A stretch of 64,000 nt of DNA from Anthoceros angustus (lineage: Eukaryota > Plantae > Anthocerotophyta). Below the pieces are notes generated by a model that was not told the DNA's origin, did not search any database, and saw only the letters and a program-made list of their open reading frames with translations. The stretch spans positions 124,001 through 188,000 of the forward strand of contig VJWM01000193.1 of NCBI GenBank assembly GCA_010909165.1, written 5' to 3'. This document shows, one piece after another, positions 36,950 through 49,724 of this stretch. Every line of letters starts with the position of its first letter. Position 1 is the stretch's first letter. The translations under genes were made by a program, and so were the position numbers.

Positions 36950-37575
36950 TACCTTTACTGTTTATCCTGGTATGGACCTTTGCGGCCGAGCCTGCTATGT
37001 ACATGGGCGTTCCGCATCGCATCAGCAATTTTTTTCTCGGCGATGCGCTTTGGCCTCGCCTTGGTCCAACCTTCAGCCTACTCTCTACTCTGTCTCGCCT
37101 TGTCCCGGATGACTGAGGGATTCACTTGGCCCCGAGACGTTATGTTTTTCAATGGTGCAGGAGAGAATGGGTTTTTTCTCGTAGAGAGTGCTCAAATGAA
37201 GTTTCTCTCCTTTTTTTGTCCTCAGGAGATCATATTTTTGTTGTCGATTTGGTTGTAACATATCCCAACCAGCACTCTGTCGACGAGTATGTGATTCTCA
37301 ACCTTCCGAGTTGAACGACGGATAGCTACGCAATACCAAAATCCTCAAGTACTCCCCTATGCAAGACGGTCGCATCTTTATCCTCTTACCATCGAGACCC
37401 ATGGGGCCATAGGCAAAGAATTCTCGAGGTTTATCAAGGGATATGCTCAGGCGTATCATAATCGCAAGAATGGGTTGGTCTTCCCCTTTTTTAAATTGTG
37501 GGTCTTCCCCTTTCTTATATTGTGTCTTTGATTAGGCAATAGGTGTCATATCGCTCTGCAAAGGGTGTCGGCAAA
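36950..37575 (+). mobile_element. 5'-truncated, frameshifted non-LTR retrotransposon with restriction-like endonuclease (RLE; CRE-like) C-terminus
   Basis: Ordered motifs across frames: FFSAMRFGL (post-RT), RDVMF..AGENGF..RRE, VDLVVTYP, KILKY, YPLTIETHGAIGKEF and IALQR..NA. Confidence 0.6.
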
Positions 37576-38591
37576 CGCGGTATACAAGACGATGACAAGT
37601 GTGCAGAACAGCAACAAGTGTACAAAACGGCAACAAGTGTTGAAGAAATGGCTTCTTCGACCTTGGTGGTAGATAGACCTTTTCTTATCCTCATCACAAA
37701 ATTCTCCCACTAATGGGGAGGTAGTGGGAAGTTTTGAGGTGAGCGATGGTTAGGTTAGTTCCATTCTTCTTTTGGGATAGATGAATTTTTCCTATCTCTT
37801 TGTTTACATAAAGTCTCCACATTCGCTACGTACCTTTAATGCCTACCGACCTTCAATTCTGCCTGCAATCCTGGATTCGCGTTGTTCCCGTTCACTTGCT
37901 GCAGGTCGTACGCAGCGAAAAGAACGCAGGAGACAAAAATACGCGCGAGACGCGTCTCGCTTCCGAAGTCCCGTCCCTCTTCAGGCCCGGGAAGGCTTAG
38001 GTTTCCCACCAGCGCATCCACGAATGCTTCATTCCTAATAGGATGAAGGAATCCGAGGTTGCACGAAGATCAAAGCGCTGGCGCGGTAAGAACGCGGTCT
38101 TTGCAGCGAGACGTAATGTAACCCTAAAACGTAAAAAAAGCCGAACGGGGCTGGTCGGAGTGAGAAGTACAGAGAGTCCCGTTGCAGCGGGAGGAGCACC
38201 GGGAGAGTGTCAGCCAGCCAGCCAGCCAGCTGCAGGCTCGGGGCGAAACTCCGACAATGTTGTGTGCTCCATACACCGCGCTGCGATCTGGATCGTGAAG
38301 GAGGGAGCTTGCAGCTGAGTCAACAGGTGGCTGGATTTGCATTTGGATTTGCATTCGCATGCGCAGCTGCATTCGCATTCGCATTTGCAGCTGCAAGCAG
38401 CGGTCAGGTATGTGGATCGCAGCAGCTTGAGCAGCTGTTTGCCGAGTGATTTGAGCTGAGGTCAGCTGGCTGGAAGCTTGCGGGGGATTCTTCACTTGAA
38501 TGCGAGCTCCGGAAGGGGGGCGGAGCCGGAAGGAGTTGGGGAGGGGACGGAGGGGGAGTCGGCAGCTGGAGGTGGACACTCACACTGACGG

Positions 38592-40137
38592 ATGGCCTTC
38601 GTGTCCAAATGGGCGTGCTGCTGCGCGCAAGGCGAGGGCAGGTAATTTAAGTCTCCTGGGAGGCAGGCTGTGAATTTGGGCATGCTGTGATCCGGTTTTT
38701 GGAAGGTGCATTCTGTGGCATCCGGGCGGGGATTTTGCGGAATTGTCTTTGTGGTGGAAGTGGGATTGTTGTGTGTGAGCGTTGAATGTGCATCCGCTTG
38801 TGGGCGCTGTGCAGGCCCGATAAGAAGGATAAGGGTACGTGGCGGATATTCTCGTTGAAGGAGTTGCATACCGCCACGAACAACTTCAATTATGACAACA
38901 AGCTTGGGGAAGGAGGGTTTGGGAGTGTGTACTGGGGGCAGCTCTGGGATAGCACACAGGTGGGTTGGTGATTTCCACGATGTTGGTCATGGGTTGTGGA
39001 TGTGGATGGGGATGGGGATGGGGATGGGGATGGGGATGTATGTGGATGGGTGGGTGAGTGGGTGTATTGATGTGTCTGGCACTTTTGGGTTTTTTGCCGA
39101 ACAGATTGCTGTTAAGAGATTGAAGGTGTGGAGCACGAAAGCGGAGATGGAATTTGCCGTTGAAGTGGAGATTCTGGGGCGAGTTCGACACAAAAATCTG
39201 CTCAGCCTTCGGGGCTACTGTGCTGAAGGGCAAGAACGGCTCATTGTGTACGACTACATGCCGAATCTGAGCTTGCTGTCCCACTTGCATGGGCAATTCG
39301 CATCCGAATCCCAGCTCGACTGGCAAAGGAGGATGAGCATAGCGATTGGATCTGCTGAGGGCCTCGCGTAAGTGGTGCTGCTGCTTTTGCTTCACGCCTT
39401 TCGTGTTGCCACTTTAGACTAGAGATGTGCCTGCCCCTCGCGTCACCTCACCCGAAGAACGTGCTCTTGGCAGGTACCTGCATCACTACTCCACGCCTCA
39501 CATAATCCACCGTGATGTCAAGGCCAGTAATGTATTGCTTGACTCCAATTTTGATGCGCAAGTGGCTGACTTCGGTTTTGCCAAGCTCATCCCAGATGGT
39601 GCCACTCATGTGACCACGAGGGTGAAGGGGACCTTGGGCTACCTAGCTCCGGAATACGCTATGTGGGGGAAAGTGTCGGAGAGCTGCGATGTGTACAGCT
39701 TCGGGATCTTGTTGCTGGAACTCATCAGTGGGAAGAAGCCAATTGAGAAGCTGGGACCTGGGACGAAGCGGACAATAGTCGAGTGGGCTGCTCCTTTGGT
39801 CTTTCAGGGGAGACTTGAAGACCTTGTGGACCCAAAGCTGAATGGCAGATATTCAGAGGACGAGCTGAGAAGAGTTGTGCAGGTTGCAACTATGTGTGCG
39901 CAGAACACCCCAGAAAACAGGCCCACCATGTTGGCAGTCGTACAACTGTTAAAAGGAGAAGTTAAAGATAAGGCCGCCAAGGTGGAAAATGGCCAAGATG
40001 GTGACAAGAAGTTGAAGCTCGACACTGTCCAGTACGAGGAGGAATTGCTGGCTGCAGATGATGGATCCGCGGAATCCAACTCTGGAAATGCTACTGAAGG
40101 TATCCATGCCGCCCGGCCTGGGGAGAGAGTCCACTGA
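38592..40137 (+). CDS. Receptor-like cytoplasmic kinase, At3g15890/PTI1-like type, 4 exons: 38592-38641, 38815-38959, 39105-39367, 39474-40137
   Basis: [11 protein letters not shown].., [65 protein letters not shown] and DVYSFG. All catalytic motifs are intact. Confidence 0.95.
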
Positions 40138-41099
40138 CCACAGTTAGCATTGTCTAACTAGCTAGTTAATGTACTAATAATTATGGTCTTAAGCTTCGAC
40201 TGACGTTCAAGATAACCCACTGCTAGGAGTCGCTATTGTAGTGGTGGTTTGTATGTGATCTGGTGAGTGAGTCAGGTAGTGCTTATTGGACCTTCCTATG
40301 CGGAATTAGATACATTAGGATTATTTTATCGTGTCTCGCCCTTCCTACCTTTCTATTGGGCGACCCACATCCTGTTGTCCATAAGGTTCAGAAGATTTAG
40401 ACTTCAGCACACAAATAAACATTGAGGGACTGGTGTCTACATTCAATTTGTGTCTGTAATAGCTGCACCCACGCAATCCTGTGTGTATGATTCGAAGCGT
40501 AGCAGGAAATAAAGGAGGCCAGGTTCTCTCCCTCTCTCTCACATACAGTACCTAGACGAGTAGGAAATAGAAAGCTGCGGCTGGTGTAGTTACTGTTGAC
40601 GGTCGACAGGAATAGAAAACGAGTTTCCAGAGGTTTTTCGTCATGTGACTCCCTTTTACGACCGAAGCGCTCAAATCTGTTGCTCCCTGTCGCTGGGCGG
40701 TTTAGAAGCCATCACCCGTAGAACTCTTTGAAAAGCCCCGCTTCACATACGCCAAGACTGAGGTGAGATGCGGCCACCTTCAATTGTGCCCACTGCCCGC
40801 CCGTCATCTGGTCACTGTTTTCACCTCCTGAAAGGAAGCAACAGGCTCTGTGGCACTGAGAAAACAACAGTTTCTGTGGTCTTCTCATTGTTTCTTTTGC
40901 AGACCTTGTTTTTCCTGTTGCGTATATGCACCTTGTTTGCACCAAGTGCACTTGAGTATGCCATTGGGCTGCTAGCACACCTCCTGTAAATGGGTAACGG
41001 TGAAGCAGCACACTCTGGGACCGGTAAGTAGTGTCCCAAAGCTTCCGGTACCAACAAGCCATAGTTCCTCAGAGAGAAACCCCAGATTCAAAATCACAT

Positions 41100-42960
41100 A
41101 GTACAGTCATGAGCCCTTAACCCACACGCAGTTGTTTTCTCCTCCGCTAATTTGTCTCCCAGCGCCTCATTTGACAGCAGGTTCAAGTGCATAGCGCTCA
41201 ACAGGGCATGGTCCAGGAAGCCCTTTGTCTCTACAGAATAGTGGAAGCAGAAGGCGTTGCTGTACCGAAGGCTGTGACATTTGTGTGACTCCTGCAAGCA
41301 TGTGCAAGTGTGGGCGGCCAAGTTTTAGAGATGTGCAGCTGGCGCAACTTGGATAACGAAGGACGCCAGGCTGATTTGTTTGTAGCAACCAGGTTGCATA
41401 TACCCAGCATGGCATGCGCTGGAGTGGGTCCGCCTGCATTGAAGAAGGGGAAGCTCCTTCTTACAAAAATTTGAGAAGGAGGACATGAAACTGGTGTGCC
41501 CATAGCCATGTATTCAAAGTGTGCTAGCTTGGAAGACTGTCGGAGAGTATTTGATGCACTCGAGACAAAGGATGTCAGAACCAAGTGCTGTGACATTTGT
41601 GTGCCTCCTACAGGCATAGAAATGTGGGCAGCCCAGCCTTGGAGGAGGGGAAGCAGTTTCATTTGGAAATCAGAGAGCAAGGGTTTCAAGGTGATGTGGT
41701 TGTTGGCAACAGTTTGGTGGACATGTATGCAAAGTGTGGCAGCCTAGTAGAAGACGCTCAGGATGTCTTTGATGGACTTTGTGAAAAGAAGGCGGGGTCA
41801 TGGAATGCCGTGACAGCAGGGTATTCCCAGCAGAACATGGAATGTATCTTCCAGGGAATCAAGCCCTTCGCCTGTACAGTACCATGCAAGCGGGTGGTAG
41901 CGTAGCACCCAATTCAGCATTTGCGTGCCTCCTGCAGGCCTGTGCCAGCATGGGCAGCCCATCTTTGGAGAAGGGGAAGCACCTTCATGAACAGATTAAA
42001 GTAGTAGGATGGGACGGTAGCCAGCAGCTTGGTGAGAAGGTATGCAAAGTGTGGCCGCCTGGAGGATGCTCAGAGAGTGTTGGATGGGCTCAGTCAGAAT
42101 GTGGTGGAAATGGAATGCCATGGTAGCAGGGTATTCAGAGCAGGACATGGGTCAGGAAGCCCTTCGTGTGTACAGTGGTATGCAAGAAGGTGGCATTGCT
42201 GTATCGAATTCCATGATGTTTATGTGCCTCCTGCAGGTATGAGCAAATGTGGCAGTCAACCACATGCAGAGATTGAATAACAAGGGCTTGAAGCTGATGT
42301 GATTTTTGGTGGCAGCCTGATAAACATGTATGGCAAGTGTGGGAGCATGGTTGATGCACATTTTCTGAAAGAGACGTCGTGTCCTGGAGTGCACTGATTG
42401 CAGGCTAAGCTTATCAGGGAGACAGTCGACTAAGTGGTCTTCGACTTATTTCAGCGCATGAGAGACCATAGCGTGCCCCAGCCGGCATCACATTCCTCAG
42501 CGTACTACAGTATGCAGTCATGTGGGTCAGAAACCTATACACAGGTGGCCAGAGGTGGCCAGATGTGGGAGTAATTCCAAGAGATTCTTGCAAGGAATCT
42601 TCCCAAGAGTCCGGCAATGTGAACTAGATCGGTCCTCACAGATAAATGCAGCCTGATTAAGGGAGTTTATTGTTCTTCCAAGTTTATATAGCCGGTCTTG
42701 ATACATTTGTGGTAGCGTACTTGGTGGGCTGCTGTCCATCAGGCTTGCCTTAGGACATTTGTGGTAGTATATACGCTTAACGGGTGTTGCTTGGTATGCA
42801 TCAGCAAGGAATCAACCAAGAGTTTCTTGTCCGGTGTGGACAACTGGGGCAAGAAGCCCTCAATTGGGCTAACCATGTTACTTTTGCTTGCCTTCTAAAG
42901 TCCTGTGCAAGGACGGGGGCCTTTCGGAGTGGCAGGCAGCAGCACTCAAACTGGGAAACT
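41100..42960 (+). pseudogene. Second degraded PLS-class PPR relic
   Basis: Fragments AMYSKCASLEDCRRVFDAL, GFQGDVVVGNSLVDMYAKCGSL, YAKCGRLEDAQRVLDGL, WNAMVAGYSEQDMGQEAL and HVTFACLLKSCA scattered over frames with stops. Confidence 0.8.
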
Positions 42961-43634
42961 ACTGGACAACGAATTGGTGGTGGTGGCAAGCCCCTCCAAG
43001 GGGTGATAGGAAGAAAGGCAATCCAAGATGAACTGGACACAACTGTGAGGACCCCTGGACGCATGCTACAGTAACGTAACCACATGGAACAGGAATCGGA
43101 TAATCAAAGTGATACTGTAACAACGGCATTTTGCACCTGCACATTCGTTTCAGGTTGCCCCACAGGAACAGTCTCCCCGTCACTGTGCTGGTCCCTGTCC
43201 CTTGCTACATGCCTGGGAGGCATACCAAGCTACCGAGCACCCCTGTGTTTCTAATTCCTGCCCTCTGCCCTCCTCCCCTCCGTCCAGTTCTGGTGGCGGG
43301 ATGCCGAGGACCAGTCTGGCACAGGCATGAGACAAGAAAATCTGTGCATCGAATTGTGCCTGTGGCACCTGGATACCGCTCTGTGCACGTCAACACGGCA
43401 CGGTGCCTGTGCGACAATTCTGTTCTTGCTAACATCAAACAGGCACAAAAAGTTAACCAGACAAGATACATTAGGTGCGAGTACATCGTTCATCAGCGCG
43501 AGATGTTATCAATAAAGTGAACTGTAAGCCTGATTATTATTGTAAGTCTATTGATGTTGTATCATAATATTCACAATATATTTAAATTATAATTATTAGT
43601 TATTCATTATAGTTTTAAATATATCATAGGCCTC

Positions 43635-45123
43635 TTTGGATTTATAAAAATAATTTTGTGGTAACACGACTAATACATTGAACTTTATTTTTAGTAACAT
43701 ATTGGTAATATACATATCCATAATATATATGTATGTGTGACATACGTATACTAATTATTTATTCCTATGAAGATCAAAGACATAGAATCCTTACATATTG
43801 TCATGTCATCCAAAGTATCGAGCATCACATATGGAATAGAAAATCTTTGCTGATAGTTTCCACCATGAATGTAAGAATGGTTTCTAACTCTCGTCGGCTC
43901 CGATGTTTTCATATGAGTAAAAAGGTAGAAGACCCTCTTATGAAGGAAAATGCGTGACATGAGAAGATTGGCGCACGAAGCGGTTGAGGATAAAATCACG
44001 TCACACACATGAATCCATAAACAATAAGATCACACACGCATGAAAGATCTGTGGAAGATAAGATCACGCATGAGGTCGCGGAGGAACGAGTATGCTGCAA
44101 GCCAAGCGGCTTGGACATACATACATATTTTGCCCGGTGTGTACAATATGTACATATATGTACTAGTTGAGCTTTAGTTCAATGTACTGCAAATGCAATC
44201 ATATGTATACTTCTGTGCATGGTACATATATCATAATATCTTAACGATATCCGCACTCGTCCGCCGTAGTAGTGGCAGGGCAGCCGTGAGGATATCATCA
44301 AAGTCAATATGTATGACATGTGTACTGTACACCCAACGCAAAAGTGTCACACAAGAAAAGCCTGAAGGATCAGGACCTATGGGCTCTTGGATTTATAAAA
44401 ATAATTTTGTGGTAACACGACTAATACATTGAACTTTATTTTTAGTAACATATTGGTAATATACATATCCATAATATATATGTATGTGTGACATCATTAT
44501 ACTAATTATTTATTCCTATGAAGATCAAAGACATAGAATCCTTACATATTGTCATGTCATCCAAAGTATCGAGCATCACATATGGAATAGAAAATCTTTC
44601 GATAGTTTCCACCATGAATGTAAGAATGGTTTCTAACTCGCCGTCTGGCGTTTTCATATGAGTAAAAGGTAGAAGACCCTCTTATGAAGGAAAATGCGTG
44701 ACATGAGAAGATTGGCGCACGAAGCCGTTGAGGATAAAATCACGCCACACACATGAATCCATAAACAATAAGATCACACACATGAAAGATCATGGAAGAT
44801 AAGATCACGCATGAGGTCGCTGGAGGAACGAGTATGCAAAAGCTGCCGGACATACATACATATTTTGCCCGGTGTGTACAATATGTACATATATGTACTA
44901 GTTGAGCTTTAGTTCAATGTACTGCAAATGCAATCATATGTATACTTCTGTGCATGGTACATATATCATAATATCTTAACGATATCTGTACCCTGGTCCG
45001 GCCGTAGTAGTGGCAGGGCAGCCGTGAGGATATCATCAAAGTCAATATGTATGACATGTGTACTGTACACCCAACGCAAAAGTGTCACACAAGAAAAGCC
45101 TGAAGGATCAGGACCTATGGGCT
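43635..45123. repeat. Near-identical tandem duplication, ~745-bp AT-rich unit x2
   Basis: ttggatttataaaaataattttgtggtaacacgac at 43636 and 44387. Both units end aggatcaggacctatgggct. Confidence 0.95.
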
Positions 45124-45666
45124 GCTGGATCAGTCCGTACGGACTGTTGGATCGGTTGCTACGGGCTGCTGCACGCCCATTGCTTCTGGGCACGCACTTG
45201 TACGTGCTAACGTCTCGTTCTATACCGGTTTTCAATGTTCAATGTTCCACCGGTACACGCCGGACTTGGAGTACATATCATATCCAGAAAAATATCTGAA
45301 GCCCAGCTGCCCAACTTGAACAACTGACACTTGATACCTCATATGTACCAAGACCGTACCTATGAAAAATGATATTTAGCAAGCCCATATTTGTTTGGAG
45401 CATGTGCGTATGGAATTAAGGGTAGAACATTTCGCGGAAAAAGATTAGTGTTGTAGTGTAAACACTTCAAATGTCTTGAGATGAAGAGAAGAAGTGTAGG
45501 ACAAACAAGAGCTGTCGAATCCATTTTTTTAAAGCCTTGGGTTAAACCGCGTCATAAATCTTGTCCGCAGCATGTAAACGTTTGCTCGTCGCTGGACGAA
45601 GTTTTACTCCAAGATCGAGATCCGCCCCCGGGGAATGCAGTGACGTTGGTCTCGTGCGCGACTGCG

Positions 45667-45888
45667 GGGTTGGGTTGGGTTGGGTTGGGTTGGGTTGGGT
45701 TGGGGAAGACAGACGAATGGTATGTATGTACATACATGAAGATGAAGGACCAATTATGAGCACCCGAAGTGAGGCGAGCCGAGCCGAGCCGACGGCGCAG
45801 CGGCAGAGCGTCATCCACCCAGCGTCCAGCGGCCAGCGGCCAGCGGCCAGCGGCCAGCGGCCAGCGGCCAGCGGCCAGCGGCCAGCGG
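45667..45888. repeat. (GGGTT)n and (CCAGCGG)n simple repeats
   Basis: About 7 GGGTT units at 45667-45704 and about 9 CCAGCGG units at 45826-45888. Confidence 0.9.
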
Positions 45889-46307
45889 GACAGCTAGGCA
45901 GCCAGGCAGGCAGCACACACAGAGGTGTACACACGCACGTCTCCTCCATGGGAGTCAGAATACAGCTAGCTTGCAGGGTCGCAGTGCAACCACAATTGAG
46001 GGCACGGGGGTACGATTCACGAATGGGTAGGGTAATGAATGGGTGGGGCACTCTCACCTCACCCGAACCCGTCGCGTTTCAGGCAGAATGGGACCGGAGT
46101 GGGTGGACCGTGGAAACGGGAGTGGAAGATTGAAGGACTCCAGCCTTCATCAATCAGGCCCGTCCCTTGCCCTATTTTACCTGCACAAAAGCGACACACA
46201 AGAAAGCCAGACACGCAGACACACACACACACACACACCAGACAGACCCGTGACCACCCCACGGTGGCCTGCTGCCCATGCTACTGTTAACAGGGAACCA
46301 GGTTGCC

Positions 46308-48346
46308 TGCCCTGCCTCGGGGTACACTCTGCGTGATGCACTGCACTGCACTTCTGGCCAGCTATGTACCAGTACAGTATGTATGTGTGTAAGTATACCA
46401 TGATACGTGTACATACGCCTGTCTGCCAGCAAACGTGCGTACCTTCCATTCTTGCCTCTGCTGCCAAGCTCTACCTCCACCCTGCAAGTCTTGCACTGGT
46501 CGCGCTGCTTGTCAGTCGCCAAGAGAGGCCCGTCTGCGGCAACCCTTGTACACATGCACACATACTATGGGGGCCAGGCAGGCGTCACATATATGCAGGA
46601 CAGCAGACAGCAGCTGATTTCAAACATTCGGGCTGCTCCAGGCACAATCTTTAAGGAGTCAGAATCAACACGGGGATCATGTCCCACTCTAACGCGGAAA
46701 CAGTCCACAAGTTCGAGACTTGGAAATTCATGGAACTCGTACCCTGCTCCCCACTTGATCAGGAAGAGGCAACCAAATATCCTCATAAGTACAATAATTA
46801 ACCATCTCCTATGAACAGGCCCATCGTCAGTAGCCATCAATAGTACCGCATCTAATCGAGACGGATTGCCTACCACCAGGTCCAGCAGAACATACAAGAA
46901 AAAGCCCAAAGTCAAGCTTTCACAGAGACGTGGGAGTTGCTTCTGCTCGAAGCCAGTTCAACTAATCAGGTTCATGCTCCAGCCAGATGACACCTGGCAG
47001 TGCTCTTGCCTGTACCCACAGTACAACCTTCAACTTCTTGCCTGTGCCCCAAGCATGCACACATGACAAGCACTTGCTGCACCGGATCACACATGTTCTC
47101 AAGCCTGGCTTGTGACAACATGTAACACAAACTCCCTAGTGTTTTTTCTTTTGATGATGGAAACGGACAACAACACAAGTGATGTTATCTGCACTTCCTC
47201 GCTCCAGAGCTTCGACAGTGAGTCTCCTCGCAGCTGCTTCGCAGTCCTCAATAGGCTGCACCATCTTCACGGCATCCTACACCACACAACCGAGAAAGCG
47301 TCAATTAGCGAAACACAGAGTCATGCCCTGCCTGGGGTACACTCTGCGTGATGCACTGCACTGCACTTCTGGCCAGCTATGTACCAGTACAGTATGTATG
47401 TGTGTAAGTATACCATGATACGTGTACATACGCCTGTCTGCCAGCAAACGTGCGTACCTTCCATTCTTGCCTCTGCTGCCAAGCTCTACCTCCACCCTGC
47501 AAGTCTTGCACTGGTCGCGCTGCTTGTCAGTCGCCAAGAGAGGCCCGTCTGCGGCAACCCTTGTACACATGCACACATACTATGGGGGCCAGGCAGGCGT
47601 CACATATATGCAGGACAGCAGACAGCAGCTGATTTCAAACATTCGGGCTGCTCCAGGCACAATCTTTAAGGAGTCAGAATCAACACGGGGATCATGTCCC
47701 ACTCTAACGCGGAAACAGTCCACAAGTTCGAGACTTGGAAATTCATGGAACTCGTACCCTGCTCCCACTTGATCAGGAAGAGGCAACCAAATATCCTCAT
47801 AAGTACAATAATTAACCATCTCCTATGAACAGGCCCATCGTCAGTAGCCATCAATAGTACCGCATCTAATCGAGACGGATTGCCTACCACCAGGTCCAGC
47901 AGAACATACAAGAAAAAGCCCAAAGTCAAGCTTTCACAGAGACGTGGGAGTTGCTTCTGCTCGAAGCCAGTTCAACTAATCAGGTTCATGCTCCAGCCAG
48001 ATGACACCTGGCAGTGCTCTTGCCTGTACCCACAGTACAACCTTCAACTTCTTGCCTGTGCCCCAAGCATGCACACATGACAAGCACTTGCTGCACCGGA
48101 TCACACATGTTCTCAAGCCTGGCTTGTGACAACATGTAACACAAACTCCCTAGTGTTTTTTCTTTTGATGATGGAAACGGACAACAACACAAGTGATGTT
48201 ATCTGCACTTCCTCGCTCCAGAGCTTCGACAGTGAGTCTCCTCGCAGCTGCTTCGCAGTCCTCAATAGGCTGCACCATCTTCACGGCATCCTACACCACA
48301 CAACCGAGAAAGCGTCAATTAGCGAAACACAGAGTCATGCCCTGCC
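46308..48346. repeat. Near-identical tandem duplication, ~1015-bp unit x2, including the last PP2C exon
   Basis: The junction motif tgccctgcc recurs at 46308, 47324 and 48338. The copies differ by a few 1-bp indels. Confidence 0.95.
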
Positions 48347-49724
48347 CGCCCCTAGACCGCAAGACAGGGTGCCTAACACGCCTTGCTTGCTGATGATAAT
48401 GATAATAATAATAATAATAATAGATGCCGTACCTCATTCATCACGACATCCCAAAGGCCATCACTGGCCAAAACGAGAAATTCTACTTCCTCATTGATCA
48501 CTTGCTCCTGGAAAGCCAATACACAATGGACATGCATTTAGGAAAAGAGAGCAAATTGAGAGCACGAATTCAACAAAAAACCCTGCAGACAACCCCAGCC
48601 AAGCAATACCTGAATCTCTGGGTCAGGAACAACGTATCGCTTCAGAAGGCGGTCACCAAATGCTCGAGACACAGCCAGAACACCACCTACTCGCCATGTA
48701 CCTGATTCCCAGCTTCAGAGTCAGAAAAATGTCCACATGCACCGAACGGCCCCTTTAATGAAGAACGCATTGAGAGCGGTAAAAGGAAAATGACTCTTAC
48801 CAGCCCACATAACCACACCTCCAGCTTCCTCAATCCGTTGTCGCTCGTCACTGCGATTGGGCTTGTGATCTTGAGAAAGGGCCACAGCTGAAAGAAAGGC
48901 CGAGCAGATGTTAGATCAGAAGACTATTCACACCTTCCGACACGCCAATAGGCAAGGACACCTGCCTTTGCCGGCTCTGCAAATTACAGCCCTGGAATCT
49001 CCAACATTGGCGACCAGCAAACGGTCTCCGACATAGACAGCTGTGGACGCAGTTGACCCAGCATCTCTGTGCTGACTGTGCTCCTCCTTCAGGTACGCGG
49101 CATCCGTGTCCTTGTAGCTCTCTTCTGTAAAAGCCGAAACAAAGAAGGAAAAAGGTTTCAAACGAGTCACCGAGCCACATCAAGATTGCACTTAACCTGA
49201 CAAGGAGCGCGACACGTACGGATAGCTTCTCTGGTGTTATTGAGGAATTTGGGATGATTGATGAGGTTTTGGAAAAGGTTATTCTTCACATACTCCGCAG
49301 CCCGATGGCCACCGTGCCCTGCAGCCAGGGAAAACAGCAATGCAAAACCATCACCGCTATGCTAAATACGGAAACCCGCGAGCGAGACATCATTAGACGA
49401 GCGAAACGCCGCAACCAAGAGAGTCGGCAAGAACGTACCGTCGAAAACTCCAAACAATCCCACCACCTGACCATGCTTCTCCTCAATTTTGGCGTCGTAA
49501 AAGTCCTCCATGGAGGCGCGCTTTCCAGACGAGGTGGCGAAGCCGTAGCTGAACCTCTCATCCTTACTGTCCACAACCACATGAAAGCCCGTTAGATCGG
49601 CGCATCCAACCGGCCAACGATGGCCGCAGCTCCACACTAGGGCCAGCTATCCGGCCAGCGGTGCGCACCTGGTTCCCCAGCCGCTACGAATAGAGATGCT
49701 GCCAGAGGTATTAGAGGTCAACAT
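48150..49724 (-). CDS. PP2C: Protein phosphatase 2C (WIN2/PP2C59-like), multi-exon
   Basis: MLTSN...[93 protein letters not shown] and [14 protein letters not shown], ending HQKKKH*. Confidence 0.93.

Noticed and set aside
45542-46133. Long ORFs over the GGGTT and CCAGCGG repeats
   Set aside because: The open frames come from simple repeats and give low-complexity translations.
46565-47929. ORFs downstream of PP2C inside the 1-kb duplication (MTLGFFLY...)
   Set aside because: No recognisable motifs, and the frame differs between the two copies because of a 1-bp indel. Probably 3' UTR or intergenic sequence.
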